Source: Pseudomonadota bacterium
GTDB taxonomy: Bacteria > Myxococcota_A > UBA9160 > SZUA-336
DNA length: 64,000 nt
Assembly (NCBI GenBank): GCA_003247575.1
Contig: QJZC01000002.1
Location: forward strand, 69,480-133,479
Reading direction: 5' to 3'
Part shown: piece by piece, positions 22,031 to 32,690 of the stretch
Position numbering within the stretch: position 1 is the first letter of the stretch
How the letters are laid out: each line of letters starts with the position of its first letter
The notes under the pieces: generated by a model
What the model was told of the DNA's origin: nothing
Databases searched by the model: none
The model's input: the letters and a program-made list of their open reading frames with translations, nothing else
Translations under genes and position numbers: made by a program

Positions 22031-22522
22031 CTAGCCGAGGTCGGCGAAGGTGAGGCGGAGGAGTGGCCGGCCGTAGGGTAGGAAGGGCCATGGGATGCCG
22101 GCGAGCGCGAAGACTGCGAAGCCGATCAGCCAGCGCCGGGCATGGCGGGCTCGAACGGCTTCGTCCGCGCGCCGCGTGCGGACGCGGCCGACGTGGAGGA
22201 TCACGACGGCGAGAAACATCGCCACGACGTGCTCGACGGCGACGAAGCGCAGCGCAGGCTCGCGCATCGCACTCGAGAAGTCGCTCAAAGCGGCCTTCAC
22301 GAGCGGGCTCAAGCCAAAGTACAGGCTGAGGCCGAGCAGCATCTGCAGATCGACCATTCCGACGAGCGCCGTAAACAGGCGGTCGTCCGACGTACTCAGA
22401 GGGCGCCCTGCGCCGCTCACGAGCACCGCGCGAATGATCAGGAAGAGAGTCAAGGCGAGGATGAGCCAGCGCAGCCAGGAGTGCGAGAAGAGAACCAGTT
22501 CGTAGAGCACGGAGGGCGACAT
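22031..22522 (-). CDS. Hypothetical integral membrane protein (about 4 TM helices)
   Basis: From the ATG at 22522 (MSPSVLYELVLFSHSWLRWLILALTLFLII...) the protein is dominated by hydrophobic helices. The longer track ORF upstream looks non-coding. Confidence 0.55.
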   Translation of the reverse strand: MSPSVLYELVLFSHSWLRWLILALTLFLIIRAVLVSGAGRPLSTSDDRLFTALVGMVDLQMLLGLSLYFGLSPLVKAALSDFSSAMREPALRFVAVEHVVAMFLAVVILHVGRVRTRRADEAVRARHARRWLIGFAVFALAGIPWPFLPYGRPLLRLTFADLG

Positions 22523-22715
22523 GGGCGCAGCATAAGCTACGGCGTGGTGAGATGCCACCGTCCTGCGCTCGCGAAGCATGCTGTCACGGATCGCAGACGG
22601 AAGCGCAGATGGAAGCGGAGGTTGGAAACGTCGGTAGGACAGGTCCAGGCTTCCGAGCTTGATCCTCGAGTGCAGCCGGTGAGACAATTCGAGGAGGCGA
22701 CGGGGGGGAAGTGCA

Positions 22716-24236
22716 ATGCGCTGGAGCACCTTGCTCAGCTTGGCCGCGGGCCTGACCTTCGGCTCGACCCCTGCGCTTCTCCGTGCACAGAGCAGCGAGC
22801 CCGCGCTCGACGGGTCGATGCTGGGCGCGCACGCGGTTCAGATCGGTCCCGAGGGGCGCTTGCAGGCGGCCTTCGGAGGAGGCGAGCCGACCGGTGACGC
22901 CCGCGTCGTGCTCGCGGATCTCGCGCGGGGATTCGAGGGCTATCTCGAGAGGGGCGGTGAGCCGCGCGTGCTCGTGTTCATCCACGGTGGGCTCAACTCC
23001 GAGGCAGCGACCCGCGGTAGGATCGAACGCTTCAGCGAGACCATCGAGACGACCGGCTACTACCCGATCTTCGTCAGCTGGGACTCGAGGCTCGGATCGA
23101 GCTACAAGGAGCACTTGCTCTATCTTCGCCAGGGTCAGAGCTTGCGGACCTTGCCTGGGGTCCTCAGCTCGCCGTTCGTGTTCGCGAGCGACGTCGTGCG
23201 CGCCTTAGGCCGAGCTCCGCTCGTCTGGGGCACGCAAGTCCTCAATCTGAACAGCTCGCTCGAGCGCGCGTTCCTCGACGTATCCGACTGGGAGGGTGCC
23301 GAAGACGATCTGCGCCGCGAGTTCCAGCGAGCTCTCCTCGAACCTCCTCGCGAAGATGAGGGCCAAGCGGAGCCCCGCCGCGTGGGGCACGGCCAGACCG
23401 TCGCGTACGAGGGACGGGGTGACGAACGCACTTCCGGCACCAAGACCTTCCAGGCCGTGGTGCGCGGCGCGCTCCTGCTGCCACAGTTCGTGTCCGCTCC
23501 GTTCATCGATGCCTTCGGCAAGCGCGCTTGGGAAGTCTTGCAGCGGCGTACCCAGCTGCTGTTCCACAGGGACCGCCGTATGCAACCGGGCGGGCTTGCG
23601 CTCGTGCTCGACGAGATCCAGCGAGTGCTCGCCGAGACGAAGCGGGAGAGCTCGGACTGGGAGCTCGCTCTGGTCGGCCACAGCATGGGCGCGATCGTGG
23701 TCAATCAGATTCTGCGCGAGTACGGTGATCTGCCGATCAGCGACGTCGTCTACATGGCAGCGGCCTGCTCGGTGCGCGACTACGAAGACAGCGCCTTTCC
23801 GTTCCTGCGCATACAACGCGACCTGGAGCAGTACCCGCGCATCTACCACCTGACCCTGCATGAGAAGGCAGAAGTCCGAGAGGGCTTCTATCGCCTATTG
23901 GTCGAGGGCTCGCTGCTCGTTTGGATCGACGACTTCCTGGCGACACCCCTGACCGAGCGCGACCGCACTGCAGGTCGATTCGAGAACATCGCCGAAGCGG
24001 TGTACCAGAACACTCCGTCCGAGTTTCGCAGGCAGGTGCACCTGAAGAAGTTCGGGGTCGAGGATGGCGGCCCCCAACGGCACGGAGACTTCTCCGGTGC
24101 CGGCTTCTGGTGTCGCGAGCGCTGGGAACCGCAACGGGATCGCAGCCTGCATGCCGACCTCGAGCCCCTCGTGGAGACCCCTCCAGTCGGAAGCGGACCC
24201 GATGCGCCGTCCCCTTCGTGCGGCGCCTTCCGCTAG
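22716..24236 (+). CDS. Secreted alpha/beta-fold hydrolase (lipase/esterase-like)
   Basis: Signal peptide MRWSTLLSLAAGLTFGSTPALLRAQS, VLVFIHGGLNS and the nucleophile elbow LVGHSMGAIV. Confidence 0.7.
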   Translation: MRWSTLLSLAAGLTFGSTPALLRAQSSEPALDGSMLGAHAVQIGPEGRLQAAFGGGEPTGDARVVLADLARGFEGYLERGGEPRVLVFIHGGLNSEAATRGRIERFSETIETTGYYPIFVSWDSRLGSSYKEHLLYLRQGQSLRTLPGVLSSPFVFASDVVRALGRAPLVWGTQVLNLNSSLERAFLDVSDWEGAEDDLRREFQRALLEPPREDEGQAEPRRVGHGQTVAYEGRGDERTSGTKTFQAVVRGALLLPQFVSAPFIDAFGKRAWEVLQRRTQLLFHRDRRMQPGGLALVLDEIQRVLAETKRESSDWELALVGHSMGAIVVNQILREYGDLPISDVVYMAAACSVRDYEDSAFPFLRIQRDLEQYPRIYHLTLHEKAEVREGFYRLLVEGSLLVWIDDFLATPLTERDRTAGRFENIAEAVYQNTPSEFRRQVHLKKFGVEDGGPQRHGDFSGAGFWCRERWEPQRDRSLHADLEPLVETPPVGSGPDAPSPSCGAFR

Positions 24237-24274
24237 CCTTCGCCTCTCGCGCTCCGTTTCGACGGGCTCTAGGG

Positions 24275-26749
24275 CTAGAACTCTCTTCGGACCTCCAGTC
24301 CGAAGCGGATCGGCGGCGCGTAGTTGCGCAAGGTCGCCCCGAGGCTGTCGCCCAGGTCGATCGCCACGTCGAAGTACTCCCGATTGAGCAGGTTAGACCC
24401 GAAGAGCGCGATCTCGGTGACCCCATCGGCGAACTCGAACGCCAGTCGTCCGCTCAAGAGCCCGCGCTTGTTGCTGCGCGTGGGCCGACTGTCGAGAACC
24501 TCCGTCGTGGTCTCGCTGCGGTGACTCCAGCTGAAGCTCGCCACGGCATCGCCCAAGCTGCCGACCGAGAACGCGTACTGAACCCCGAGGGTTCCCGCAT
24601 ACGTCGGAGCGAACGGGACCGTGCAGTTCGGGCAGCCGTCGAACTCCTTGTAGCGCGCCGCGGTAATGCCGAGCGACCCGTTCACCGTGAGCCCCGCGGC
24701 GGGAATCCAGACCGCGTCTACCTCGAGTCCGCGAATCGACGCCTTGCCCGCGTTGTCCACGAAGATGAACAGGTTGTTCTGGTCGTCCGCGGTGACAGTG
24801 GTCAGCTGGATGTCCTCGTACAAGCTCTGGAAGTAAGTAGCGTTGAAGGTCAGACGATCCTCTAGCCAGCTGGAGCGCACGCCGGCCTCGTACGAGGCCA
24901 GCACCTCTGGATCGAAGTCCGATGCCTCGATCGCATTGTCGCCCCGGCCGTTGAAGCCACCGCTCTTGAAACCTCGCGCGTAGCGAGCATAAACGTTCAG
25001 ATCGTCGTTCAGGCGGTATTGGAGCGTGAACGCTGGAGTCAGCTTCCCGAAGCGCTTCGACAGCTCGAAGTTTCGATCGGCTCGCAGCGGGTCCGCCGCT
25101 ACCGCTGGGTCGTTGATCTGGCCCTCGACGATCTGCCGGAAGCGGGCGATTCGCTTTCGCTCCGCGGTGTACCGCAATCCTGCGGTCACGCTCAGCTTGT
25201 CGGAGACGTCGTACGTGCCCTCTCCATAGGCTGCGTAGCTCGTCACGTTGCCCTTCAGGAACCCCTTTGTGCGCGTCGCGCTGAAGGGCCGCAGGCAGGT
25301 GCTCGGGTCGAGCTCGAGATCGGGCGCTAAGGCCTGGACGATGGCATCGGAGATGCAGTCACCGGCACCGTTGATCAACGCGGCAGCCTCCACGCCCTCG
25401 GGAACGGGATCCCCGAACGTGCGGGTGAATGGGAAGAGGATGGGCATGTCACCCGTGATCGGAAGCGCCTGCCCACGCTCGTTGTCCTGATTCTTCTCCA
25501 CGGCGCCGTACAGGCCGGTCGTCACATTCAGCCTGCCGTCGAAGCCGGTCCAGTTGAAGTTGAACTCCTGGCTGATGAAGTCCTGTGTGCCGTTGTCGTT
25601 GTCGAAGCGATTGTCCTGGGCGATCGGAAGAGGCGTCGCATCGGGATCATTGGAGCCATTCACCTTGTTGCGACGCCACGCCGAGATGGACTTGACCTGC
25701 AGTGCATCGCTGGCCTGCCAGATCGCTTGCAGACTCGCTCCATAAGTGCGCAGCATGTCTTCGACGCGGCCGTCTTGTGCGACCTCGAGGTTGTCGCGCG
25801 CATCGTCGGCGCGACACTCTTCGAGGTAGTCGAAGCCGTTCTGCCGTGCAGCCTCCACCACCAAGGGATTCGGGTCCCCGGTCGCCTTGCACTTGGTCCC
25901 GAGACCGGCGCGATCCTCCTTGCTCTGATCGTAGGAGAAGAGGAGCTCCAGCGAGTCTGTGGGCAGCAGCAGGAGCTGCGCCCGTCCCGCCAGCAGGCGA
26001 TTGTTCTGGAGCTTGGAACGCCCAGCTGCGAAGCGATTCCGCACGAATCCATCGTCCGCCGCTGTCGCGAACGACAGCCGTAGCGCCGCCATCTCGCTCG
26101 CGAGCGGCACGTCGACGGCGAATCGACTCTCTACGTTGCGGTAGTTCCCGAGTCGCAGCTCGGCGAAGCCGCCGAGCTCGAAGCCTGGCTTCTGCGTCGT
26201 CACGTTGATCGCGCCGCCGATCGTATTCTTTCCATAGAGCGTGCCTTGAGGACCCCGCAGCACCTCGACACTCGCGATGTCCGATACGCTGAGGAGTGCA
26301 CCCTGGGCGCGGGCGAGATAGACCCCGTCGACGTAGACGCCAACGCCAGGGTCTGCGGTGATGATCGGGTCTCCGTTACCGACCGCGCGGATCGAGATCC
26401 GGGCGGAGTTTCCTTCGAGTACAGCAGCGCCGAGGTCCAGATTGGGCACCAGCGCGCTGATGTCCTCGAGTTTGCGAACCTCGCGATCTTTGAGATCCTG
26501 CGAGCCGAAGGCCACGATCGACAGCGGAGTCTCCTGCAACAGCTCTTCACGCTTGCGTGCAACCACCGTGATCTGCTCGACCTTCTCGGATCGAGGAGTG
26601 CGTCGGGCCGAAGGTCCTTCCGCTGCCTCCACCGGCTTGCCCGCCGTCCCCGTCTCCGCACTCCCATCCTGAGCCGAGCTCGCAGAGGGAATTGCCAAGC
26701 TGACAAGAAGCACTGCCAAGAGGCTGGAAGTCACTCGTGAGCGTTGCAT
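24275..26749 (-). CDS. TonB-dependent outer-membrane receptor
   Basis: Signal peptide; plug region (EQITVVARKREELLQETPLSIVAFGSQDLKDR..., LRGPQGTLYGKNTIGGAINV); long beta-barrel; terminal aromatic residue (...LEVRREF). Confidence 0.9.
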   Translation of the reverse strand: MQRSRVTSSLLAVLLVSLAIPSASSAQDGSAETGTAGKPVEAAEGPSARRTPRSEKVEQITVVARKREELLQETPLSIVAFGSQDLKDREVRKLEDISALVPNLDLGAAVLEGNSARISIRAVGNGDPIITADPGVGVYVDGVYLARAQGALLSVSDIASVEVLRGPQGTLYGKNTIGGAINVTTQKPGFELGGFAELRLGNYRNVESRFAVDVPLASEMAALRLSFATAADDGFVRNRFAAGRSKLQNNRLLAGRAQLLLLPTDSLELLFSYDQSKEDRAGLGTKCKATGDPNPLVVEAARQNGFDYLEECRADDARDNLEVAQDGRVEDMLRTYGASLQAIWQASDALQVKSISAWRRNKVNGSNDPDATPLPIAQDNRFDNDNGTQDFISQEFNFNWTGFDGRLNVTTGLYGAVEKNQDNERGQALPITGDMPILFPFTRTFGDPVPEGVEAAALINGAGDCISDAIVQALAPDLELDPSTCLRPFSATRTKGFLKGNVTSYAAYGEGTYDVSDKLSVTAGLRYTAERKRIARFRQIVEGQINDPAVAADPLRADRNFELSKRFGKLTPAFTLQYRLNDDLNVYARYARGFKSGGFNGRGDNAIEASDFDPEVLASYEAGVRSSWLEDRLTFNATYFQSLYEDIQLTTVTADDQNNLFIFVDNAGKASIRGLEVDAVWIPAAGLTVNGSLGITAARYKEFDGCPNCTVPFAPTYAGTLGVQYAFSVGSLGDAVASFSWSHRSETTTEVLDSRPTRSNKRGLLSGRLAFEFADGVTEIALFGSNLLNREYFDVAIDLGDSLGATLRNYAPPIRFGLEVRREF

Positions 26750-27102
26750 CCTCGTCCCCCGTACGCCCTCGCGAGTCGGGCGTACATCTCGTCGTGCATC
26801 GCGACACTCGATTCATGCGCTACTGTCGCACTAGTGTGCATGCTCGCGAGCAACAACGGGGGAACGATTTGCGGCAATCGGAACTGCGCGAGCACTCATG
26901 CCAAGGATCCGGGTCCCGCCCTCGACGCCAACGGGACTCGGATGAACATTTTGGGCCACACCCGTCTCAAAGCGCCGTAGTCGGGGTAACTCAGGGCGAT
27001 TCCACAATACGGGTTCGCGAGGGGCCTGTCCTACGGAGACTGTCACTGGGAACGCTGTCTTCGCGCGCGATGCGGTCTCGCACGGCGAACGCGCGTACCG
27101 TT

Positions 27103-28552
27103 CTAGCCGCGCAAGACCGCCCCGGGTCTCACACCAGTGTGCTCGCCATCTTCGACGATGAGCTCTCCGTTGCACAAGGTCGCCTTGTAGCCTCGCGAGC
27201 GTTGAATGTAGCGACCCGCACCCCCGGGGAAGTCGTGCACGTACTCGGGAAACTCTTCGCTCACGTGCTCGAGGTCGATCACGTTCACATCCGCGCGCAT
27301 TCCAGGCTCCAGTCGGCCACGGTCTGCCAGCCCAATGATCGCGGCCGGCGCAGCCGACATGCGCCGCACCGCCTCCTGTACCGTGAACCGTCCCACACCC
27401 CGTACCCAGTGCGAGAGCACGAACGAACACCAGCCGCCGTCCACGACCTGACCTACGTGAGCTCCAGCATCCCCCAGACCCGGAAGACAGTGCTCGCTCG
27501 AGATCAAGTCACCGCACGCCTCGAGACTTCGATTGAACATGCGCAAGGTGAAGAGCGCCTTCCCGTCGCTCTCCAGCGCCAGACGCAGGAAAGTTTCGGC
27601 GGGCTGCTCCATCGCAGCATCCGCGAGTGCCTGCAGGCTTCCCTCGGCACCCTTGGTGTAGTCGGGAACCTCGCCGTCTCCCAGCCAGAAGAGCTGCTTC
27701 GGGTCGACTCCCCCCTCAGCACCGATCGCATCGCTGACCAGCCGCTCGCGAACCTCCGAGAGAGCGATCTCAGAAAGACGCTGTCGCAGATCGAGACCAG
27801 CCAAACGGCTCCACTCGCCCGTGCGCCAGGGAAGGATGTGCTGCAAGCCGACCACGAACCCAGAGCTGCGAGGAATCGCCATCGCACTGATCTCGAGACC
27901 TCCCCGACGCAGCTGTGTGATTGCCGTCGCGATGCGGCGCCCCGAGGCAGCGTCCGGTCCAGACCCGATGCTGAACAACACCGGGCCGCCCGTGGTCCGG
28001 GCCTGTTCGCGCAGCAGCTGGAACTCGGAGTTCTTCCGCGGTGGGCTGGTCATCGATTGCGCGCTCCCCCATCACGTAGTATCGGACGGCGCAGTGGCCC
28101 ACCAAGCCCGCGACATTGATGGCAGGCGCAAGGCGTGCGAGCGAGTCCAGGTATCCACCGTAGTCCTCCCAATCCCACGGAAGACCCGTCAGAATCGCCT
28201 CTCTCGGAATGTCCTCGACGGTCTCCATCATCTCAGCGAGAAACCGCTAATCTCCCGGACGACACGGAGCGAAGGTGACCCCGCAGTTGCCGAGTAGCGC
28301 AGTCGTAACGCCGTGCCAGCTCACCGGGGTCAGCATCGGATCCCAGCCGATCTGCGCGTCGAGGTGCGTGTGCAGGTCTACGAATCCGGGCGTGACGATG
28401 TGTCCGCTCGCGTCGATCTCCTGCCGGCCTGGGGCTTCGACCCGACCGACCGCCGTGATGTCCCCACCATCGATCGCGACGTCCGCGACCTTCGGCTCGG
28501 AACCGCTACCGTCGACGACGAGTCCTGCTCGAATCACCCAATCGTGTGGCAT
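27103..28552 (-). pseudogene. N-acyl-D-amino-acid deacylase-like amidohydrolase, interrupted by an in-frame TAG and a frameshift
   Basis: N-terminus MPHDWVIRAGLVVDGSG...TPGFVDLHTHLD...GNCGVTFAP. A TAG at 28247-28249 lies in the same frame as the continuing homology (RFLAEMMETVEDIP...VGHCAVRYYVMGERA). The frame switches near 28030-28040 into the 27103-28053 ORF (...GDAGAHVGQ...GRLEPGMRADVNVIDL...). Confidence 0.7.
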
Positions 28553-28718
28553 GCGTCCCCCGTGCTCGTGCTTCGAAACGCGGAGTATAGCAGTGAACCG
28601 GCCCCGAGAATGTCCGCCGTGGGCGCGCTGCTCGCCTACGACGATTGATCCACTGAGCCAGACGGCGCTCATCCAGCAACGTGAAGCTGTCGTCGACAGC
28701 AGGCGTCAGCTGCAGCGA

Positions 28719-31700
28719 TCAGGCGATGGTGCTGTCGCCTAGCCGCGTGGCGAGCTCTCGGACCTTCGACTCGCAACCCCATGCTTTGTAGTGCGCGAGC
28801 GACTGGCGCAAGGTGCCGTTGGCTTCGAGCGTGCGCCGCATGTCACAGAGGAGTCCAGCCCGCAGTTCCAGAAGATAGGCCGCGTGGTGTCGGTAGCCCT
28901 GTTTGGCGGCCTGGTCGCAGGCCTGGGTGTAGAGCGAGAGCGCGCGGCGCATCCCCCCGCGCATGCGCACGGCCTCGGCCTCGAGTGCGCTCGCGAGATG
29001 AACGAAATCGGGCCCGCCCTTGGCCCAAACCCGCATGCGCCGAAGATGCCTGTCGAAGGTTCGGCGATCTCGGAACCGTTTGCCCGTTCGTGTCCGTCGC
29101 GGGCAGCGCGCTGTTGCCATTGCAGCGAAGAACGCGAAGTCGGCCAGCTGCGCGTTCGACGAGCCGTAGCTCCAGATCCACGCATCGATCTTCGCAGCAA
29201 CCCGCGACGCATCTGTATAGCGACCGAGAATACAGAGCGTCTCGAGCCAGAAGACCCACCCGTTCATGCGGGTCGTGCGCGTCGCGGCCAGCTCGGCTTC
29301 GATGTCCGCGATCGCAGCATCCAGGACGGGCAGATCGGGGCTGGGACAGCGCAAGAGCGTCAGAATCTTCTCGCATACGGCGACCGGCACCCCACCGGGC
29401 CGCACCTGCTCACAAGAGCGGAGATACTTGGGCGCGAGCTGATCGAGCGGCTCTCCCGCCAAGAACGCGTGGCTGGTTCGCATCGCCTGAGCGTAGAACG
29501 CATACTCGTGATCACCGATCTCGAGAAACTTCTCCGAGACCCGACGCAGGGGCTCCAGTACGGACCGCCGTGGCCGGATCCAGGGATGGATCATGCCGGC
29601 CACGATGAACTCCGCGCGCGTAGACGCGCTCGGTCGATACACGCTCTGACTCCAGCGGAGCGCAGCCTGGGACAGGAGCTCCGCGTCTCTCTGGCTCCCG
29701 AGAAAGACGATTCGGTACGCCGTGTAGGCGGCGAGCGCTACACCCGGAGAGGCCACGTAGCCATGACGGAGGGCGACACCGAGGACATACGCGGTCCTCA
29801 AGCACTGGAGCCGGAGCGTTGTAAAGAGCAGCGCGCCACCGCTTGCATTCATGATCAGGATCGGTGCGAGCCATTGCGAACGGTCTTCTGCCCGCGCAGG
29901 GGTAAAAGCGGCGTCCACGCCACGCGACAGGGCCCTCCGCAGCGCTCGGTCCACACGGAACACCGCGAGTCGGGTTCGCAACCACGCAGGTTGCAAGGTC
30001 CAGTGAACCCCGAAGCGAGCAAGAGAAGCGAGCACGAAGTGGTAGTTCTCGCTCTCGGAGACCCGGGTCACCTCGCGCGTCCGATCGGGAGAGGAGGCGC
30101 CGTCCGGGGCATGGCCGGCGAATGAGACTCCGAGCACGATCTGTGCTCGAATGCGCTTGCAAGTCACTTCAGCTGACTGGAGCCGAGTGAGCGGGCGGGC
30201 ATCCAGAAGGTCCAGCACTTCGAGGGCTGTCTCGTGATCCTTCCTCTGCACGGCAGCCTCGGCAGAGTCGAGATACAGCTCGAAGCCAAGCTCGGAGTGG
30301 GCCACCCAGTCGCGTTCACTGAACAGACGCCGGGCGATTCGAAAGTAGTTCGCCGCGGCGGTCGGCACACCCCCGTGGAGGGTCCGCCTACCGGCTAGAA
30401 CGTTCATCTGAATCGCATCGATCCGCTCGTCCGGTCCGAGGAGCTCGAGCGCGTGGTTCAGGTGGTCCGCGAGCTCGAGCGCGCGTTCTGCGAGAGCATC
30501 GGCGGGTATGCGACCGAACAACGAGCGCGCGGCCCGATGGTGAATGCTGGCACGCTCGAACTCGGAGAGCCGCAGCTGTGCCGCTTCCCGAATCCGGTCG
30601 TGGGCGAAGCGAAACCCTGCAATCGCGGGAGTGATCAAGCCTTCGTCCGCGAGCATGAACAGATTCGTCTCGAGCACGTCGCGGTCGCAGTCGCTGAGTT
30701 GGGTCAGGAGCTCGACATCGAAGCAGTCGCCCGCGCAGCTCGCCAGCTCCAGCACCTCGGCGGTCATGGAGTCGAGGCGCGCGATCTTCGCGGACAAGAG
30801 CCCGACCGCACCGTCCGGGATCTCGGCCGCGGCGAGCGCTGCATCGTCCCACGTCCACCCGATGCCGAGCTCGCACCGGATCAGACCGAGGTCGTACATG
30901 TGGAGAACGAACTGCTGCACGAGCAGCGGACTGTTCCCTGTCTTGCGGCTCACGCACGCCGCCAGAGCACGCACGTCGTTGCGCGTGCGTCCGAGCGCGT
31001 CTGCCAGGATGGCGACGCACGCTTCTTCGGAGAGGGGTTCGATCGCGATGGACTCGGGAGGAACGCTCGAAGCTGCGAGATCGGCTAGCAAAGAGGAGAG
31101 TAGGGGAGAGGGCTCGACCGGATCCTCTCGGTGGCTGCACAGCAGCAGCAAAGCCAGATCCGGATCGGAGCAGGCGAGGTCGCGCAACAGCTCCCGGCTG
31201 GCAGTGTCGATCCATTGGACGTCGTCGAGGAAGAGTGCGAGCGGATGGTTCGCTGTCGCAACCCCGCGCACGAGACGGCCCACCGCGAGACAGGTTCGGT
31301 TCCGGGTCTCGACGGGGCCAAGGGCGGGGACGGGGTCCACATCCCCGAGAATGATGCCGAGATCGGGAATGAGCTCCACCACCGCACCCGCAAGCTTTCC
31401 CAGCGCCGCGCGAAGCTCCTCGCCCCAGCGCGCCAGACGTGCATCGCTCTCGGTCAGGATCTGGTGGACCAGCGCCTCGAACGCCTGGACGAACGCAGAA
31501 TACGGAACTTCGCGACGATACGGATCGAACTTCCCGACGGCCATGTATCCGCCGGACCTTGCCAGCGGCTTGGACAGCTCCGAGACCAGTGCGGACTTCC
31601 CCATGCCGGGTGGACCGTGCAACAGCAGGATCGTGCGCGTATTGGACGCCGCCCGCTCGAACGCCGCGAGCAAGGCCTCGACCTCTCGCTCGCGGCCATA

Positions 31701-32690
31701 GAGTCGTGCGCTGAACGTTGGGCGATGGGGGACGTCCGCGGAGCCGAGCTCGAAGCCGTCTGCGATGACACCATTGTTCCGAAGCTGGTCATAGCACGCG
31801 ACGAGGTCGACCTGGAGTGCATGCGCCGTCTGGTAGCGATCCTCTGGAGCCTTCTCCAGCAGCTTGGCGACGATGTTCGCGATGGGCACTGGAATCGACG
31901 ATCGATGCTCCGTGACCGGCGCAGGCACCCGAGCGAGGTGCGAGTGGATCAGGGTCAGGGGATCCTTGGAGTCGAACGGGGGCCGGCCGCAGAGCGCGAA
32001 GTAGAGGGTGGCGCCCAGGGAGTAGAGGTCGCTGCGCAGATCGACCCCACGGTTCATGCGTCCCGTTTGCTCCGGTGAGATGAATGCGTGCGTTCCCGCG
32101 AAGCCGGTCGATCGATGGCGACCCGCCGGGAATCCTGCGGTCGCTCCCAACGTGCAGGCCAAGCCGAAGTCGATCAGATGCACGTGATGGGTGCCGGCTT
32201 CCACGATCACATTGCTCGGGTTGACGTCGCGGTGGATCAGCCGCTTCGCATGCACTCGCGCGAGCACTACCGCCAGCTGGATCCCGACGTCCAGAACTTC
32301 CTCGACGCTTCGGTCGTCTCCGAGAGCCCAGCGTGCGAGGGGCTCGCCCGGAGCACGCTCGAGAATCAGAGCGGGAGGAGAGCACTCCAGCAGAAGCGCC
32401 TCCACCCTGGGAACTCCGGGCCCCGCGGCGGCCTCGAGTGCCCGCACCTCATGCTCTACACGCGGAACCGTCTGCGCCAGCGCGTCCATCGTATAGCGCT
32501 TGACGATCAGGGCGCGGCCGTCTCGCTCACGAACGGCCGCATAGGTCTCGCTCGTCTCGGTCTCTCGCAGAAGACCATCGACGCAGAATCCGGGCGGAAG
32601 GACGAGCGGCTCCACGATCAGCAGGATCGGCTCGCCTGCTGTCCAGGTTGATTCGGTAGAGGCCCGCGACTCTCGGACCTCGCGCGCCAC
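28719..32690 (-). CDS. Ser/Thr protein kinase fused to an AAA/STAND NTPase and helical repeat region (paralogue 2, intact)
   Basis: HRDVNPSNVIV, DFGLA and SPE kinase motifs; P-loop LLHGPPGMGKSAL; Walker B LALFLDDVQWID; long helical C-terminus. 1323 aa. Confidence 0.85.
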   Translation of the reverse strand: MAREVRESRASTESTWTAGEPILLIVEPLVLPPGFCVDGLLRETETSETYAAVRERDGRALIVKRYTMDALAQTVPRVEHEVRALEAAAGPGVPRVEALLLECSPPALILERAPGEPLARWALGDDRSVEEVLDVGIQLAVVLARVHAKRLIHRDVNPSNVIVEAGTHHVHLIDFGLACTLGATAGFPAGRHRSTGFAGTHAFISPEQTGRMNRGVDLRSDLYSLGATLYFALCGRPPFDSKDPLTLIHSHLARVPAPVTEHRSSIPVPIANIVAKLLEKAPEDRYQTAHALQVDLVACYDQLRNNGVIADGFELGSADVPHRPTFSARLYGREREVEALLAAFERAASNTRTILLLHGPPGMGKSALVSELSKPLARSGGYMAVGKFDPYRREVPYSAFVQAFEALVHQILTESDARLARWGEELRAALGKLAGAVVELIPDLGIILGDVDPVPALGPVETRNRTCLAVGRLVRGVATANHPLALFLDDVQWIDTASRELLRDLACSDPDLALLLLCSHREDPVEPSPLLSSLLADLAASSVPPESIAIEPLSEEACVAILADALGRTRNDVRALAACVSRKTGNSPLLVQQFVLHMYDLGLIRCELGIGWTWDDAALAAAEIPDGAVGLLSAKIARLDSMTAEVLELASCAGDCFDVELLTQLSDCDRDVLETNLFMLADEGLITPAIAGFRFAHDRIREAAQLRLSEFERASIHHRAARSLFGRIPADALAERALELADHLNHALELLGPDERIDAIQMNVLAGRRTLHGGVPTAAANYFRIARRLFSERDWVAHSELGFELYLDSAEAAVQRKDHETALEVLDLLDARPLTRLQSAEVTCKRIRAQIVLGVSFAGHAPDGASSPDRTREVTRVSESENYHFVLASLARFGVHWTLQPAWLRTRLAVFRVDRALRRALSRGVDAAFTPARAEDRSQWLAPILIMNASGGALLFTTLRLQCLRTAYVLGVALRHGYVASPGVALAAYTAYRIVFLGSQRDAELLSQAALRWSQSVYRPSASTRAEFIVAGMIHPWIRPRRSVLEPLRRVSEKFLEIGDHEYAFYAQAMRTSHAFLAGEPLDQLAPKYLRSCEQVRPGGVPVAVCEKILTLLRCPSPDLPVLDAAIADIEAELAATRTTRMNGWVFWLETLCILGRYTDASRVAAKIDAWIWSYGSSNAQLADFAFFAAMATARCPRRTRTGKRFRDRRTFDRHLRRMRVWAKGGPDFVHLASALEAEAVRMRGGMRRALSLYTQACDQAAKQGYRHHAAYLLELRAGLLCDMRRTLEANGTLRQSLAHYKAWGCESKVRELATRLGDSTIA

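Noticed and set aside
26771-26795. 8-bp stem hairpin GTACGCCC-N9-GGGCGTAC in the TonB-receptor leader; also checked the 26750-27100 leader for a B12/TPP riboswitch
   Set aside because: The hairpin is short with no conserved riboswitch core motifs recognisable, so it is likely incidental.
26737-28119. 460-aa plus-strand ORF spanning the TBDR start and the amidohydrolase gene
   Set aside because: It is antisense to two genes with clear homology, has an Arg/Ser-rich composition, and crosses an intergenic region.
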